From NCBI GenBank assembly GCA_964627935.1, contig CAZVLB010000001.1:198933-262932 (forward strand): DNA of 64,000 bases, written 5' to 3'. Made by a program: the position numbers and the translations under genes. The DNA is from an uncultured Ignavibacteria bacterium (GTDB lineage: Bacteria > Zixibacteria > MSB-5A5 > JAABVY01). The notes under the pieces are model-generated. The model saw nothing but the letters and a program-made list of their open reading frames with translations. It was not told where the DNA came from and did no database searches. Position 1 is the stretch's first letter, and the number at the start of each line of letters is the position of its first letter. Positions 53,267-61,542 of the stretch are shown one piece after another.

Positions 53267-54304
53267 ATGTGCTATGCCATACCGATATTTTTGAACCGGG
53301 TTGCGCCTCGTTGCACGATTGCGGATTATATTCTGCTCCTGATAATGAAGGGCAACAGGGTTGTTTCGAGCAGGCGCATCAATTTGCAAAACTGCACCTG
53401 GTTCGATCTTATGCGCATACTGGAAGAAAACAAGGTCGATTACCTTATATGCGGAGGAATCAACCGGCAGAGCCGTGATATGCTGCAAAGCCTTGGTATA
53501 GTGATCATGGATAATGTATGTTGCAGTGATTCCCAGGCTCAGAAGGCGCTTGAATCGGGTGAGATGCATGCAGGCTATGGCTTCGCTCCCAAGAGTCATG
53601 ATGGATCGGCTGCAGATCGTGGCGCATTTATCAAGCTGGAGACTTCGGATGAGGAGAAGCGCAGGCAGGAGAATCAAAGCAGGCTTTTAAACTCCAATCA
53701 GAATATTGACTGCCTCACATGTAGCGATAAAGTCTGCCTGCAGGGGAAGCCTTGCCGGCCGAGGATTGCTCAACAAAGCGAAACCGAATCGCCTGAGACG
53801 CGCAAAATCCTTGAATCATCGTTGGATGTTATGTCGGAAAAGGAGCGCACCCTGTGCAGATTGTCGGAGCTGATCTATTTCTGCCTGGGGATGAAATACC
53901 GCCGGATCGGGATAGCATTCTGTCTGGACCTGTTCGAGCAGACAGAAATCCTGAGCCGTTTGTTGAGACGCTTTTTTGATGTATATCCGGTCTGCTGCAA
54001 GATCGGCGGAAGAAAAATCTATGATCCCAATTCAATGGGCGATGCAAGTCGTGAACGCGGCAGCTATTCGGATATCGCCTGTAATCCTGAGGGGCAGGCC
54101 GAGATGCTCAACCGCATCGGCACGGATATCAATATAATCGTAGGTCTCTGCATGGGGGTTGACTGTATTTTTTCAAAAGCCAGCAATGCTCCCGTTTCGA
54201 CGCTGTTTGTTAAGGATAAATCGCTGGCTCATAATCCAATCGGTGCGCTCTATTCCGAATATTACCTGAAAGAAATCACCAGGACAAATGTCGGCAGCAC
54301 ATGA
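53267..54304 (+). CDS. fusion of a NifX/NifB-type (MTH1175-like) domain and a Cys-rich DUF1847-like domain
   Basis: The track starts at 53213. I prefer ATG 53267. The N-domain is MCYAIPIFLNRVAPRC...VDYLICGGINRQSRDMLQSLGIVIM. The C-domain is IDCLTCSDKVCLQGKPC ... DIACNPEGQAEMLNRIGTDINIIVGLCMGVDCIFSK...LFVKDKSLAHNPIGALYS. Confidence 0.55.
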   Translation: MCYAIPIFLNRVAPRCTIADYILLLIMKGNRVVSSRRINLQNCTWFDLMRILEENKVDYLICGGINRQSRDMLQSLGIVIMDNVCCSDSQAQKALESGEMHAGYGFAPKSHDGSAADRGAFIKLETSDEEKRRQENQSRLLNSNQNIDCLTCSDKVCLQGKPCRPRIAQQSETESPETRKILESSLDVMSEKERTLCRLSELIYFCLGMKYRRIGIAFCLDLFEQTEILSRLLRRFFDVYPVCCKIGGRKIYDPNSMGDASRERGSYSDIACNPEGQAEMLNRIGTDINIIVGLCMGVDCIFSKASNAPVSTLFVKDKSLAHNPIGALYSEYYLKEITRTNVGST

Positions 54305-54346
54305 GATACTGAAAATTCAAATTATGATAATAAAACTGGAGGAGCT

Positions 54347-54883
54347 ATGGCTATCCCGACCTTAAACGCAATTGGTTTTTGCGCCAATTATTCCAAACCG
54401 GGCGATTGGGCATTTAAGTATGCCCTGGAATTGTCGCGCAGGCATGGAATCCAACTTAATGTGTTTCATTTCCTGGAGGATCCCTATGATCCCTACGATC
54501 GCACAAAGCATCTGCTTTCCCCGCAGGAATGCGAGAAACTTGCCATTGAACGAGAACGGGAACTGAGGATCTACTACGATAACCTGGCCGGAGACTATCT
54601 CGATGTGGGGTTCCGCCTGTGTGAGGACAGGGAATGGACCGAGCTGCATCGCTGCCTGGTAATTCGTGAATTTCAGGTGCTGGTGCTGGGTTATGTCCAT
54701 CCACAGGCTACATTTGCAAATCTGCCAATTGAGGAATTTGCGGATAATTTTATCTGCCCGGTGGTTCTTGTTGGACCGGATCATCCCGATCAGTACCACT
54801 TAAACAGCAGAGCGAAGATAATTGTCGATGATCTCGGCCTGCCACCCGGATGCTGGAACGAAATTGGTCAGATTTCGGCTTAA
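54347..54883 (+). CDS. universal-stress-protein-like (USP fold) protein, apparently lacking the ATP-binding Gly motif
   Basis: GGAGGAG RBS. The USP-like layout is IGFCANYSKPGDWAFKYALELSRRHGIQLNVFHF ... FQVLVLGY...FICPVVLVG, but there is no G-x2-G-x9-G(S/T). Confidence 0.4.
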   Translation: MAIPTLNAIGFCANYSKPGDWAFKYALELSRRHGIQLNVFHFLEDPYDPYDRTKHLLSPQECEKLAIERERELRIYYDNLAGDYLDVGFRLCEDREWTELHRCLVIREFQVLVLGYVHPQATFANLPIEEFADNFICPVVLVGPDHPDQYHLNSRAKIIVDDLGLPPGCWNEIGQISA

Positions 54884-55020
54884 TCTTTGGGGGTTTGGCT
54901 GCGTACAATGATATGGAAACGAGCATGATTGCATTTTTGCAGTCCGTGCAGTGTTATATATTGATTTAATTTGAAGAATCTGCATATTTATTAAGCAGAC
55001 AGATACCGGGTCAGGTTGTA

Positions 55021-56331
55021 ATGGCGCAGAAACTTAGTGAAATTATTTTTAACAGTATCTCCGACGGTGTTTTCACCGTAAACGGCGAATGTATTATAAC
55101 TTCCTTTAATAAGGCCGCTGAAGAAATTACCGGTTTCGAGGCGGAGGAGGCAATCGGCAAACACTGCTATGATATCTTCCGCACCGAGATCTGCAACAAG
55201 AAATGCGCCCTTAAAGATACCCTGAAAACCCATGAGGCGGTCGAGAATGCGCGTGTTACAATCATTACCCGGGATGGGTGCGAGATACCCATAAGCGTCT
55301 CTACAACGATGCTGAAGGATAATGAGGGAAATATTGCCGGGGCTGTCGAATTCTTCCGTGATATCTCTGAGATCGATTATCTCGAAAGAAGCCTGGAACG
55401 CAAGCAGACTCTGGGAGACATCGTAACGGTTAACGATAAGATGCAGCAGTTAATTGCGCTTCTTCCGGATGTTGCCGATTCCGATTGCAGTGTTCTGATT
55501 GAGGGGCCCAGCGGATGCGGCAAGGAATTGTTTGCCCAGGTATTGCATAATCTCAGCCCGCGCAAATATGGCCCCTATATTAAGATTAACTGTGCCGCTC
55601 TTCCGGCCAATCTGCTGGAGTCTGAGTTGTTTGGCTATGTTAAAGGGGCCTTTACAGATGCCAAGCGAGACAAGCCGGGACAATTCTGCCTGGCCAATGG
55701 TGGCACGTTGCTTCTGGATGAAATCAGCGAGATGGATGTTGCCCTGCAGGTTAAGCTTCTGCGCGTTCTCAATAACGGCGAATACAGGCCCCTCGGATCG
55801 ACCAAGACATTGCATACCGATGCTCGCGTAATTGCCGCCACCAATGCCGATCTTACAGCTGAAATTGAAGCCGGGAGATTTCGCAAAGATCTCTATTATC
55901 GCATCAATGTGGTTAACTTGAAAATCCCGGCCCTGCATGAACGTCCCGAAGATATACCGCTGCTGGTCAACCATTTCATGCAGATCTTCCGCAAAAAAAC
56001 AAGGCGGCCGGTTGAACGCGTATCTCCGGATGCATTGACCATGTTGCGCAATTATCCCTTCCCGGGCAATGTACGTGAACTTGAAAATGCGGTTGAGCAT
56101 GCCTTTGTGATGTGTCATGGTGACCAGATTGAAAGCTGTCATCTGCCCGCAAATATCTCAGAAACACAGGTTGAAAGAGTTAGTATCTCAACCAATGGCA
56201 ACAGCGAGAAGAAAATCATTCAGGATGCGCTCAGGCGTAACAATGGCAACAGGAACAAAACAGCACGGGAACTGGGGGTCCATCGTTCCACACTCTGGCG
56301 CAAATTGAAAAGCTATGGTATAGAGGCATGA
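55021..56331 (+). CDS. sigma-54-dependent transcriptional activator, PAS + AAA+ + Fis-type HTH (no receiver domain)
   Basis: The PAS domain has the Cys triad HCYDIFRTEICNKKCAL. Walker A is GPSGCGKE. The sigma-54 contact loop reads ESELFGYVKGAFTDA (GAFTDA variant). Also RFRKDLYYRIN, and the C-terminal HTH NRNKTARELGVHRSTLWRKLK. Confidence 0.9.
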   Translation: MAQKLSEIIFNSISDGVFTVNGECIITSFNKAAEEITGFEAEEAIGKHCYDIFRTEICNKKCALKDTLKTHEAVENARVTIITRDGCEIPISVSTTMLKDNEGNIAGAVEFFRDISEIDYLERSLERKQTLGDIVTVNDKMQQLIALLPDVADSDCSVLIEGPSGCGKELFAQVLHNLSPRKYGPYIKINCAALPANLLESELFGYVKGAFTDAKRDKPGQFCLANGGTLLLDEISEMDVALQVKLLRVLNNGEYRPLGSTKTLHTDARVIAATNADLTAEIEAGRFRKDLYYRINVVNLKIPALHERPEDIPLLVNHFMQIFRKKTRRPVERVSPDALTMLRNYPFPGNVRELENAVEHAFVMCHGDQIESCHLPANISETQVERVSISTNGNSEKKIIQDALRRNNGNRNKTARELGVHRSTLWRKLKSYGIEA

Positions 56332-56388
56332 TTATTTTCCAGCTAATTTTCATAAATAAAATTCACTTTTCAAACGGGGCTTTCTGTT

Positions 56389-57723
56389 ATGTCGGATACA
56401 ATCAGGCAGGATAATATAACCGATACAATTCTGGATTCCATCGCCGATGGTGTCTTTACTATCGACAAGGACTGGCGCATAACATCCTTTAACCATGCCG
56501 CCGAGGAGATTACATCGATCTCAAAAGATGAGGCTATTGGCCAGAGATGCTGTGATGTGTTCAGGGCCTCGATTTGTGAAAATGACTGTGCCCTGCGCAA
56601 TGCTCTTGACACCAATAAGCCGGTGATCAATAAGATGGTTTATATAATCGATGCCTCGGGCAAAAAAATACCCATCAGTATCTCTGCGGCGGTTCTGCGC
56701 AATAAAGACGGTGAGATAATCGGCGGTGTGGAGACATTTCGGGACCTTTCTACCATAGAGCGACTCAAACGTGAGCTGGAAAAAAGGTATTCCTTCCATG
56801 ATATTATCAGCAAAAATGACAGGATGCTGAGAATTTTCGATTTATTGCCCAGTATCGCTGAATCCGACAGCACAGTCCTGATCGAGGGCCAGAGCGGCAC
56901 CGGCAAGGAACTTATCGCCAGGGCGATTCATAATCTGTCATTTCGCAAAAACAAGCCGATTGTGTCGATAAACTGCGGAGCCCTGCCGGACAGCCTGCTG
57001 GAATCAGAATTGTTCGGGTATAAGGCCGGCGCTTTTACCGATGCCAAAAAAGACAAGCCGGGAAGATTCGCATTGGCCGAGGGCGGCACTATCTTTCTGG
57101 ATGAAATTGCGGATATTTCGCCTGCCATGCAGGTTCGACTGCTGCGCGTAATTCAGGAACACAAATATGAGCCATTGGGAGCCACGGAAAGCGCTTCCGC
57201 GGATGTCAGGATAATCGCCGCTTCCAACAGGAACCTGCAGAAGATGGTGAAAAATGGAGATTTCAGAGAGGACCTGTATTATCGAATAAATGTAATCAGG
57301 GTGGAGCTGCCGGACCTGCGCAACCGTAAAGAAGATATACCGCTTCTGATCAATCATTTTATCGGAAAGTTGAACAGCCTGAAGAATAAATCGGTCATCG
57401 ATATATCGCCCGAGGTGCTGGCAATACTGATGAATCATGACTATCCGGGAAATATCAGGGAGCTTGAGAATATAATCGAACATGCCTTTGTACTCTGCCG
57501 GGGATCAACTGTCACTGTGGAAGACCTGCCCGAAAACCTGAAAGAAGCTGACAGAATGCCGGTCTATCAAACAGAATCCTTCGATAGACTTGAGGCCGCC
57601 TACCTTCGGGATATTCTCCGCAGGAACAACTGGAACCGCACAAAAACCGCCACAGAACTGGGAATCCATAAAACCACATTATGGCGCAAAATGAAGAAAC
57701 TGCAAATCCTTCCGCAAACCTGA
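56389..57723 (+). CDS. second sigma-54-dependent activator, same PAS + AAA+ + HTH architecture (tandem paralog)
   Basis: The PAS Cys motif is RCCDVFRASICENDCAL. Walker A is GQSGTGKE. Also ESELFGYKAGAFTDA, DFREDLYYRIN, and the HTH NRTKTATELGIHKTTLWRKMK. Confidence 0.9.
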   Translation: MSDTIRQDNITDTILDSIADGVFTIDKDWRITSFNHAAEEITSISKDEAIGQRCCDVFRASICENDCALRNALDTNKPVINKMVYIIDASGKKIPISISAAVLRNKDGEIIGGVETFRDLSTIERLKRELEKRYSFHDIISKNDRMLRIFDLLPSIAESDSTVLIEGQSGTGKELIARAIHNLSFRKNKPIVSINCGALPDSLLESELFGYKAGAFTDAKKDKPGRFALAEGGTIFLDEIADISPAMQVRLLRVIQEHKYEPLGATESASADVRIIAASNRNLQKMVKNGDFREDLYYRINVIRVELPDLRNRKEDIPLLINHFIGKLNSLKNKSVIDISPEVLAILMNHDYPGNIRELENIIEHAFVLCRGSTVTVEDLPENLKEADRMPVYQTESFDRLEAAYLRDILRRNNWNRTKTATELGIHKTTLWRKMKKLQILPQT

Positions 57724-57726
57724 ATC

Positions 57727-57775
57727 ATTGCGATAATGCAATACCCCAAACCAGGCACCATTGCGTATTTGCAAT
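57727..57775. promoter_or_regulatory. pair of 16-bp palindromes, candidate activator binding sites (UAS)
   Basis: ATTGCGATAATGCAAT (57727-57742) and ATTGCGTATTTGCAAT (57760-57775). Both are ATTGC-N6-GCAAT with centres 33 bp apart, about 100-150 bp upstream of the candidate -24/-12 element. Confidence 0.5.
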
Positions 57776-57873
57776 ATGTGGCTGTTGAATAATCGGATTT
57801 TGCAGCCATATGTATCCTTCTATCTCCTAATAAATTAATGACATAGCAAATGTAGCCTGCTTGTCGAGCTGAT

Positions 57874-57889
57874 CGGCATGTTATCTGCA
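57874..57889 (+). promoter_or_regulatory. candidate sigma-54 promoter for the 57905-61998 operon
   Basis: CGGCATGTTATCTGCA has GG and GC at the correct GG-N10-GC spacing (GGCAT-N5-CTGCA). The weakness is that the ATG at 57905 is only about 16 nt from the -12 GC and has no obvious SD. Confidence 0.35.
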
Positions 57890-57904
57890 ATAACAAATAC
57901 TGAT

Positions 57905-58321
57905 ATGAAAATTGCAATATCAATATGGAATCAGCGTGTATCTCCGGTAATGGACACTGCCCGTCAACTGGCGCTTGTGGAAATAGACGGGGGAATTGAA
58001 ACCACGCGTGAGATTATAGGCATTCCCGAAACCGAGTTGTCACGCAGGGCCGAATTCATCAGGAATCTGGGTGTGGATGCTTTAATATGTGGAGCCATCT
58101 CATTTTTATTCGAAGATGCATTGCGCAAGAGGGGGATTAATGTCTATGCCTGGATCAGAGGTGAGCTTGATTCAGTGATAAAAGCTTTTGCAAAGGGAGA
58201 CCTGTTACGAGGTGAGTTCAGCCTGCCCGGATGCAGAAGAAGACGGTGCCGTTATGGTTCAGGCAATAAGCGCGGAAGAAGAATGAATTTCAGCATAAAC
58301 AGGTTTGAGGAGGATTTATGA
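57905..58321 (+). CDS. NifX/NifB-type (MTH1175-like) domain protein with an Arg/Cys-rich tail
   Basis: The track starts at 57878. I prefer ATG 57905 so that the N-terminus MKIAISIWNQRVSPVMDTA aligns with the paralogs MKIAVSAQG and MRIAVPVENG. Also GVDALICGAIS, and the tail CRRRRCRYGSGNKRGRR. Confidence 0.55.
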   Translation: MKIAISIWNQRVSPVMDTARQLALVEIDGGIETTREIIGIPETELSRRAEFIRNLGVDALICGAISFLFEDALRKRGINVYAWIRGELDSVIKAFAKGDLLRGEFSLPGCRRRRCRYGSGNKRGRRMNFSINRFEEDL

Positions 58322-58680
58322 AAATAGCGGTTTCTGCACAGGGCAAGCAAATCACCGACATGGTTGATCCCAGATTCGGCAGGGCCCCATGCTTCATTAT
58401 TTTTGATACAGATACAGATCAATATGAAGTGGTGGATAATGCCCGGAATGCCATGGCAGGCCAGGGCGCGGGTGTGCAGGCGGCACAGAATGTCGCCGAT
58501 CATCGTCCGGATATTGTGGTCTCTGGCAATCTCGGGCCCAAGGCTTTTCAGGTATTATCATCAGCCGGTATCAAGATCGCCCTCTGGGATAAGGGCAATG
58601 TGGCGGATGCGATCGATCTTGTCCGAAGCAATAAACTTGAATTTTCCAAATCGGCCAATGTTGCAGGCCATTGGAGTTAA
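58318..58680 (+). CDS. NifX/NifB-type (dinitrogenase FeMo-cofactor-binding fold, MTH1175-like) protein
   Basis: MKIAVSAQGKQITDMVDPRFGRAPCFIIFDTDTDQYEVVDN ... PDIVVSGNLGPKAFQVLSSAGIKI is the canonical pattern for this family. ATGA overlap with the upstream gene. Confidence 0.75.
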   Translation: MKIAVSAQGKQITDMVDPRFGRAPCFIIFDTDTDQYEVVDNARNAMAGQGAGVQAAQNVADHRPDIVVSGNLGPKAFQVLSSAGIKIALWDKGNVADAIDLVRSNKLEFSKSANVAGHWS

Positions 58681-58714
58681 TCGAAAATACAAAACGGAAT
58701 TAGGAGTGATAATT

Positions 58715-59092
58715 ATGCCAGGTGGAGACAGGACAGGTCCATGGGGGGCAGGTCCAAGAACAGGACGAGGAGCAGGCTATTGCGCCGGTTTCAGGCAGCC
58801 CGGATATGCCACGCCATTTATTTATGGTCGCGGTGCAGGATTCGGAAGAGGAGGGGGCCGTGGCGGTGGACGCGGCTGGAGACATTGGTACTATGCCACC
58901 GGTCTTCCCGGATGGGCCCGGACATCCGGATACGGCCGTGGGTATGCGCCCGGTTATGAGTTTGATGACGTCTCCGGTCCCGAGTTCAGTCGAAAATCCG
59001 ATGAGGCGGCATATCTCAGGCAGGAGGCTCGAAACCTTGAAGCGGCCTTAAAAGATATCAACAAGAGGATTGAGGAAATTGAGAAGAAATAG
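58715..59092 (+). CDS. DUF5320-like Gly/Arg-rich protein with C-terminal coiled coil
   Basis: ORF 58364..59092, but its 5' part overlaps 58318..58680 out of frame. I prefer ATG 58715 (AGGAG RBS). The protein reads MPGGDRTGPWGAGPRTGRGAGYCAGF...GRGGGRGGGRGWRHWYY...LRQEARNLEAALKDINKRIEEIEKK. Confidence 0.55.
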   Translation: MPGGDRTGPWGAGPRTGRGAGYCAGFRQPGYATPFIYGRGAGFGRGGGRGGGRGWRHWYYATGLPGWARTSGYGRGYAPGYEFDDVSGPEFSRKSDEAAYLRQEARNLEAALKDINKRIEEIEKK

Positions 59093-59112
59093 CACAGGAA
59101 GGAAGGACACCT

Positions 59113-59337
59113 ATGAGTAATTTTCGTGGACAAGGCGGATCCGGCGGGGGCCAGGGTGGTGGTCAGGGCCGGGGTCGCGGCGCAGGTCAGGGCAGGAATC
59201 GAGCCGGTGGCGGCCAGGGTCTGGGACCCGGGGGACAATGTGTCTGTCCCAATTGCGGCGAGACAGTAAATCATCAGCGCGGAGTGCCGTGTAACTCAAT
59301 CAAATGCCCCAATTGCGGCAGGTTAATGACGCGCTGA
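59113..59337 (+). CDS. small Gly-rich protein with C-terminal double CxxC zinc-ribbon-like motif
   Basis: GGAAGGA RBS. The protein reads MSNFRGQGGSGGGQGGGQGRGRGAGQGRNRAGGGQGLGPGGQCVCPNCGETVNHQRGVPCNSIKCPNCGRLMTR. Confidence 0.55.
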   Translation: MSNFRGQGGSGGGQGGGQGRGRGAGQGRNRAGGGQGLGPGGQCVCPNCGETVNHQRGVPCNSIKCPNCGRLMTR

Positions 59338-59356
59338 TGGCAACAAGGAAAAACAT

Positions 59357-60211
59357 TTGTTTAAAATAGCTATTGCCAGCGGAAAAGGCGGCACGGGCAA
59401 AACAACCATTGCCACAAACATGGCAGTGGCTCTGGCTAAACATGGCAAAGACGTAACCTATGCTGATTGCGATGTGGAAGAGCCCAATGGGCACATCTTC
59501 CTTAAACCATTAATCAGTGCTGCGGAATTAGTATCCCTGCCCGTGCCGCAGATAAATGAAGATCTATGTACTTATTGCGGTGAATGTGCCAGGATCTGTG
59601 AATACAATGCCATCGCTGTCTTTGCCAATAAGATACTGTTCTTTCCATCGCTCTGCCACAGTTGCGGCGGGTGTTATCATATCTGCCCCGAAAAAGCCAT
59701 TATCGAAATACCCAGGCCTATCGGTGAATTGAGATTTGGTGAAGGGCAGGGTGTAAAATTTATTGAAGGCTCGCTCAATATCGGGGAATCGATATCACCG
59801 CCTGTCACCCACAGGCTGAAAAACAGGATAGGGGAATGCGAAGTTGTACTGATCGATGCGCCTCCGGGAACATCATGCCCGGTTATCGAAGCGATTGAAG
59901 ACTCTGATTATGTGATACTGGTCACCGAACCGACCCCATTCGGTCTAAATGATCTCAAACTGGCGGTAGCCATGGTCCGTCAACTGGAATTGCCGATGGG
60001 CGTGATAATCAATCGTGCAGGCCTTGGTAATAATCAGACTGAATCCTATTGCAAAAATGAAGGTATCGATATCCTGCTGAAAGTGCCTTTCGATCGAAAA
60101 CTGGCCGAGTCATATTCAAGAGGCAATTTACACAATGGTGACGATGGAAATCTGAGCGAACAGCTCTACGGGCTCTATCATCAAATAAGGGAAAGGTCAA
60201 AAGTTGTTTGA
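59357..60211 (+). CDS. MinD/ParA-type P-loop ATPase with inserted 2x[4Fe-4S] ferredoxin domain (COG1149-like)
   Basis: TTG start. Deviant Walker A IASGKGGTGKTT, ferredoxin motifs CTYCGECARIC and CHSCGGCYHICP, and Walker B VLIDAPPG. Confidence 0.8.
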   Translation: MFKIAIASGKGGTGKTTIATNMAVALAKHGKDVTYADCDVEEPNGHIFLKPLISAAELVSLPVPQINEDLCTYCGECARICEYNAIAVFANKILFFPSLCHSCGGCYHICPEKAIIEIPRPIGELRFGEGQGVKFIEGSLNIGESISPPVTHRLKNRIGECEVVLIDAPPGTSCPVIEAIEDSDYVILVTEPTPFGLNDLKLAVAMVRQLELPMGVIINRAGLGNNQTESYCKNEGIDILLKVPFDRKLAESYSRGNLHNGDDGNLSEQLYGLYHQIRERSKVV

Positions 60212-61094
60212 ATTGACTGTCGTGAGCGGCAAGGGGGGAACAGGCAAAACAAGCCTGGTGGGATCACTATCTGCCCTGGCAAAGAATAAAATTGTTGTTG
60301 ATTGCGATGTGGATGCCGCCGATTTGCATCTGATCATCGATCATGAGATTCAGCGCAGTAATGATTTCATAGCCGGCAGTAAGGCGGAGGTCAATCAGGA
60401 GCTATGTACCGGATGCGGCATTTGCGTTGATTACTGTCGTTTTGATGCAATCAAATATGATCGTGATTATTTTCATGTATTGCCGCTGGCCTGCGAGGGA
60501 TGTGGTGTCTGCAGGCATTTCTGTCCCGAAGATGCCATTGATTTCCGACCGGTAAAAAGTGGCGAATGGTTTGTGTCCAAAAGTCGTTATGGCCCCTTTG
60601 TGCATGCCCGGCTTGGGATTGCCCAGTCGAATTCGGGCCGGCTTGTATCGTTATTGCGACAGGAGGCCCGGCAAATTGCAGCCGAGAAGAATCTGGATAT
60701 GATCATAGTCGACGGCCCGCCTGGTATCGGCTGTCCGGTTATTGCATCGATAACAGGTGCCGATTTCGTGCTTCTGGTCACCGAGCCCTCCTTATCGGCT
60801 TTTCATGATATGAGACGTCTGATAGAATTGATTGATCATTTTGAGATAAGGTCCGGAATCTGTATAAACAAATATGATATAAATCCCGACCTCAGCAGAA
60901 AGATTGAGCAGTTTGCAAATGAGCATGAACTGGATGTCATGGGGAGGATTCCATTTGATAATGATATTACCAGGGCCCAGGTGGAGGGTATGAATCTGAT
61001 TGAATTCTCAGATGGCCAGGCGGCCGGGCAGATTAAAATGCTCTGGGAAGAATTAAAAAGGCGTGTTAATAGTTTCAATATAAGAACTGCCTGA
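60204..61094 (+). CDS. second MinD/ParA-type P-loop ATPase with inserted 2x[4Fe-4S] ferredoxin domain
   Basis: TTG start overlapping the previous gene by 8 nt. Motifs VSGKGGTGKTS, CTGCGICVDYC, CEGCGVCRHFCP and IIVDGPPG. Confidence 0.8.
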   Translation: MFELTVVSGKGGTGKTSLVGSLSALAKNKIVVDCDVDAADLHLIIDHEIQRSNDFIAGSKAEVNQELCTGCGICVDYCRFDAIKYDRDYFHVLPLACEGCGVCRHFCPEDAIDFRPVKSGEWFVSKSRYGPFVHARLGIAQSNSGRLVSLLRQEARQIAAEKNLDMIIVDGPPGIGCPVIASITGADFVLLVTEPSLSAFHDMRRLIELIDHFEIRSGICINKYDINPDLSRKIEQFANEHELDVMGRIPFDNDITRAQVEGMNLIEFSDGQAAGQIKMLWEELKRRVNSFNIRTA

Positions 61095-61152
61095 AATGAT
61101 AGAATAAAAACACTGAAGTAAACAACTAAAGATTGCTGTTTAGGAGGAATTC

Positions 61153-61542
61153 ATGAGAATAGCAGTACCTGTGGAAAATGGCGTTCTCTGTTCGCATTTT
61201 GGAAACTGCCAGCAGTTTTCTTTTATCGATGTTAATCCTGATACAAGACAGATAACCGAGATATCATTTAAAACTCCCCCGCCTCATCAACCGGGCATAC
61301 TTCCGGCCTGGATCAGTGAACAGGGCTGCAATCTTGTAATTGCGGGCGGTATCGGAATGCGTGCCAATAATATGTTTCATCAGAGTGGTATAAGCGTTAT
61401 TTCCGGCGCACCAAGTAAAAAGCCGGAGGAACTTGTTAGTGCTTTTCTGGAAGGTACTCTGGAAAGCGGTGGAAATTTATGCAATGGTCCGGAATTTAAA
61501 AAGCAGGGCGGGCATAACTGTCATGGAGATGGGGATCATTAA
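61153..61542 (+). CDS. NifX/NifB-type (MTH1175-like) protein
   Basis: GGAGG RBS. MRIAVPVENGVLCSHFGNCQQFSFIDV ... CNLVIAGGIGMRANNMFHQSGISVI. The C-terminal tail is His/Gly-rich (GGHNCHGDGDH). Confidence 0.7.
   Translation: MRIAVPVENGVLCSHFGNCQQFSFIDVNPDTRQITEISFKTPPPHQPGILPAWISEQGCNLVIAGGIGMRANNMFHQSGISVISGAPSKKPEELVSAFLEGTLESGGNLCNGPEFKKQGGHNCHGDGDH

Noticed and set aside
58364-58714. The 5' two-thirds of ORF 58364..59092, which would make a 242-aa protein.
   Set aside because: It overlaps the NifX-like gene 58318..58680 in another frame. A good RBS and the DUF5320-type N-terminus MPGGDRTGPWG begin at 58715.
53267-61542. Nitrogen-fixation role for the NifX/NifB-type genes.
   Set aside because: No nifH, nifDK, nifEN or radical-SAM nifB is present in the window. 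This small-domain family is widespread in non-diazotrophs.
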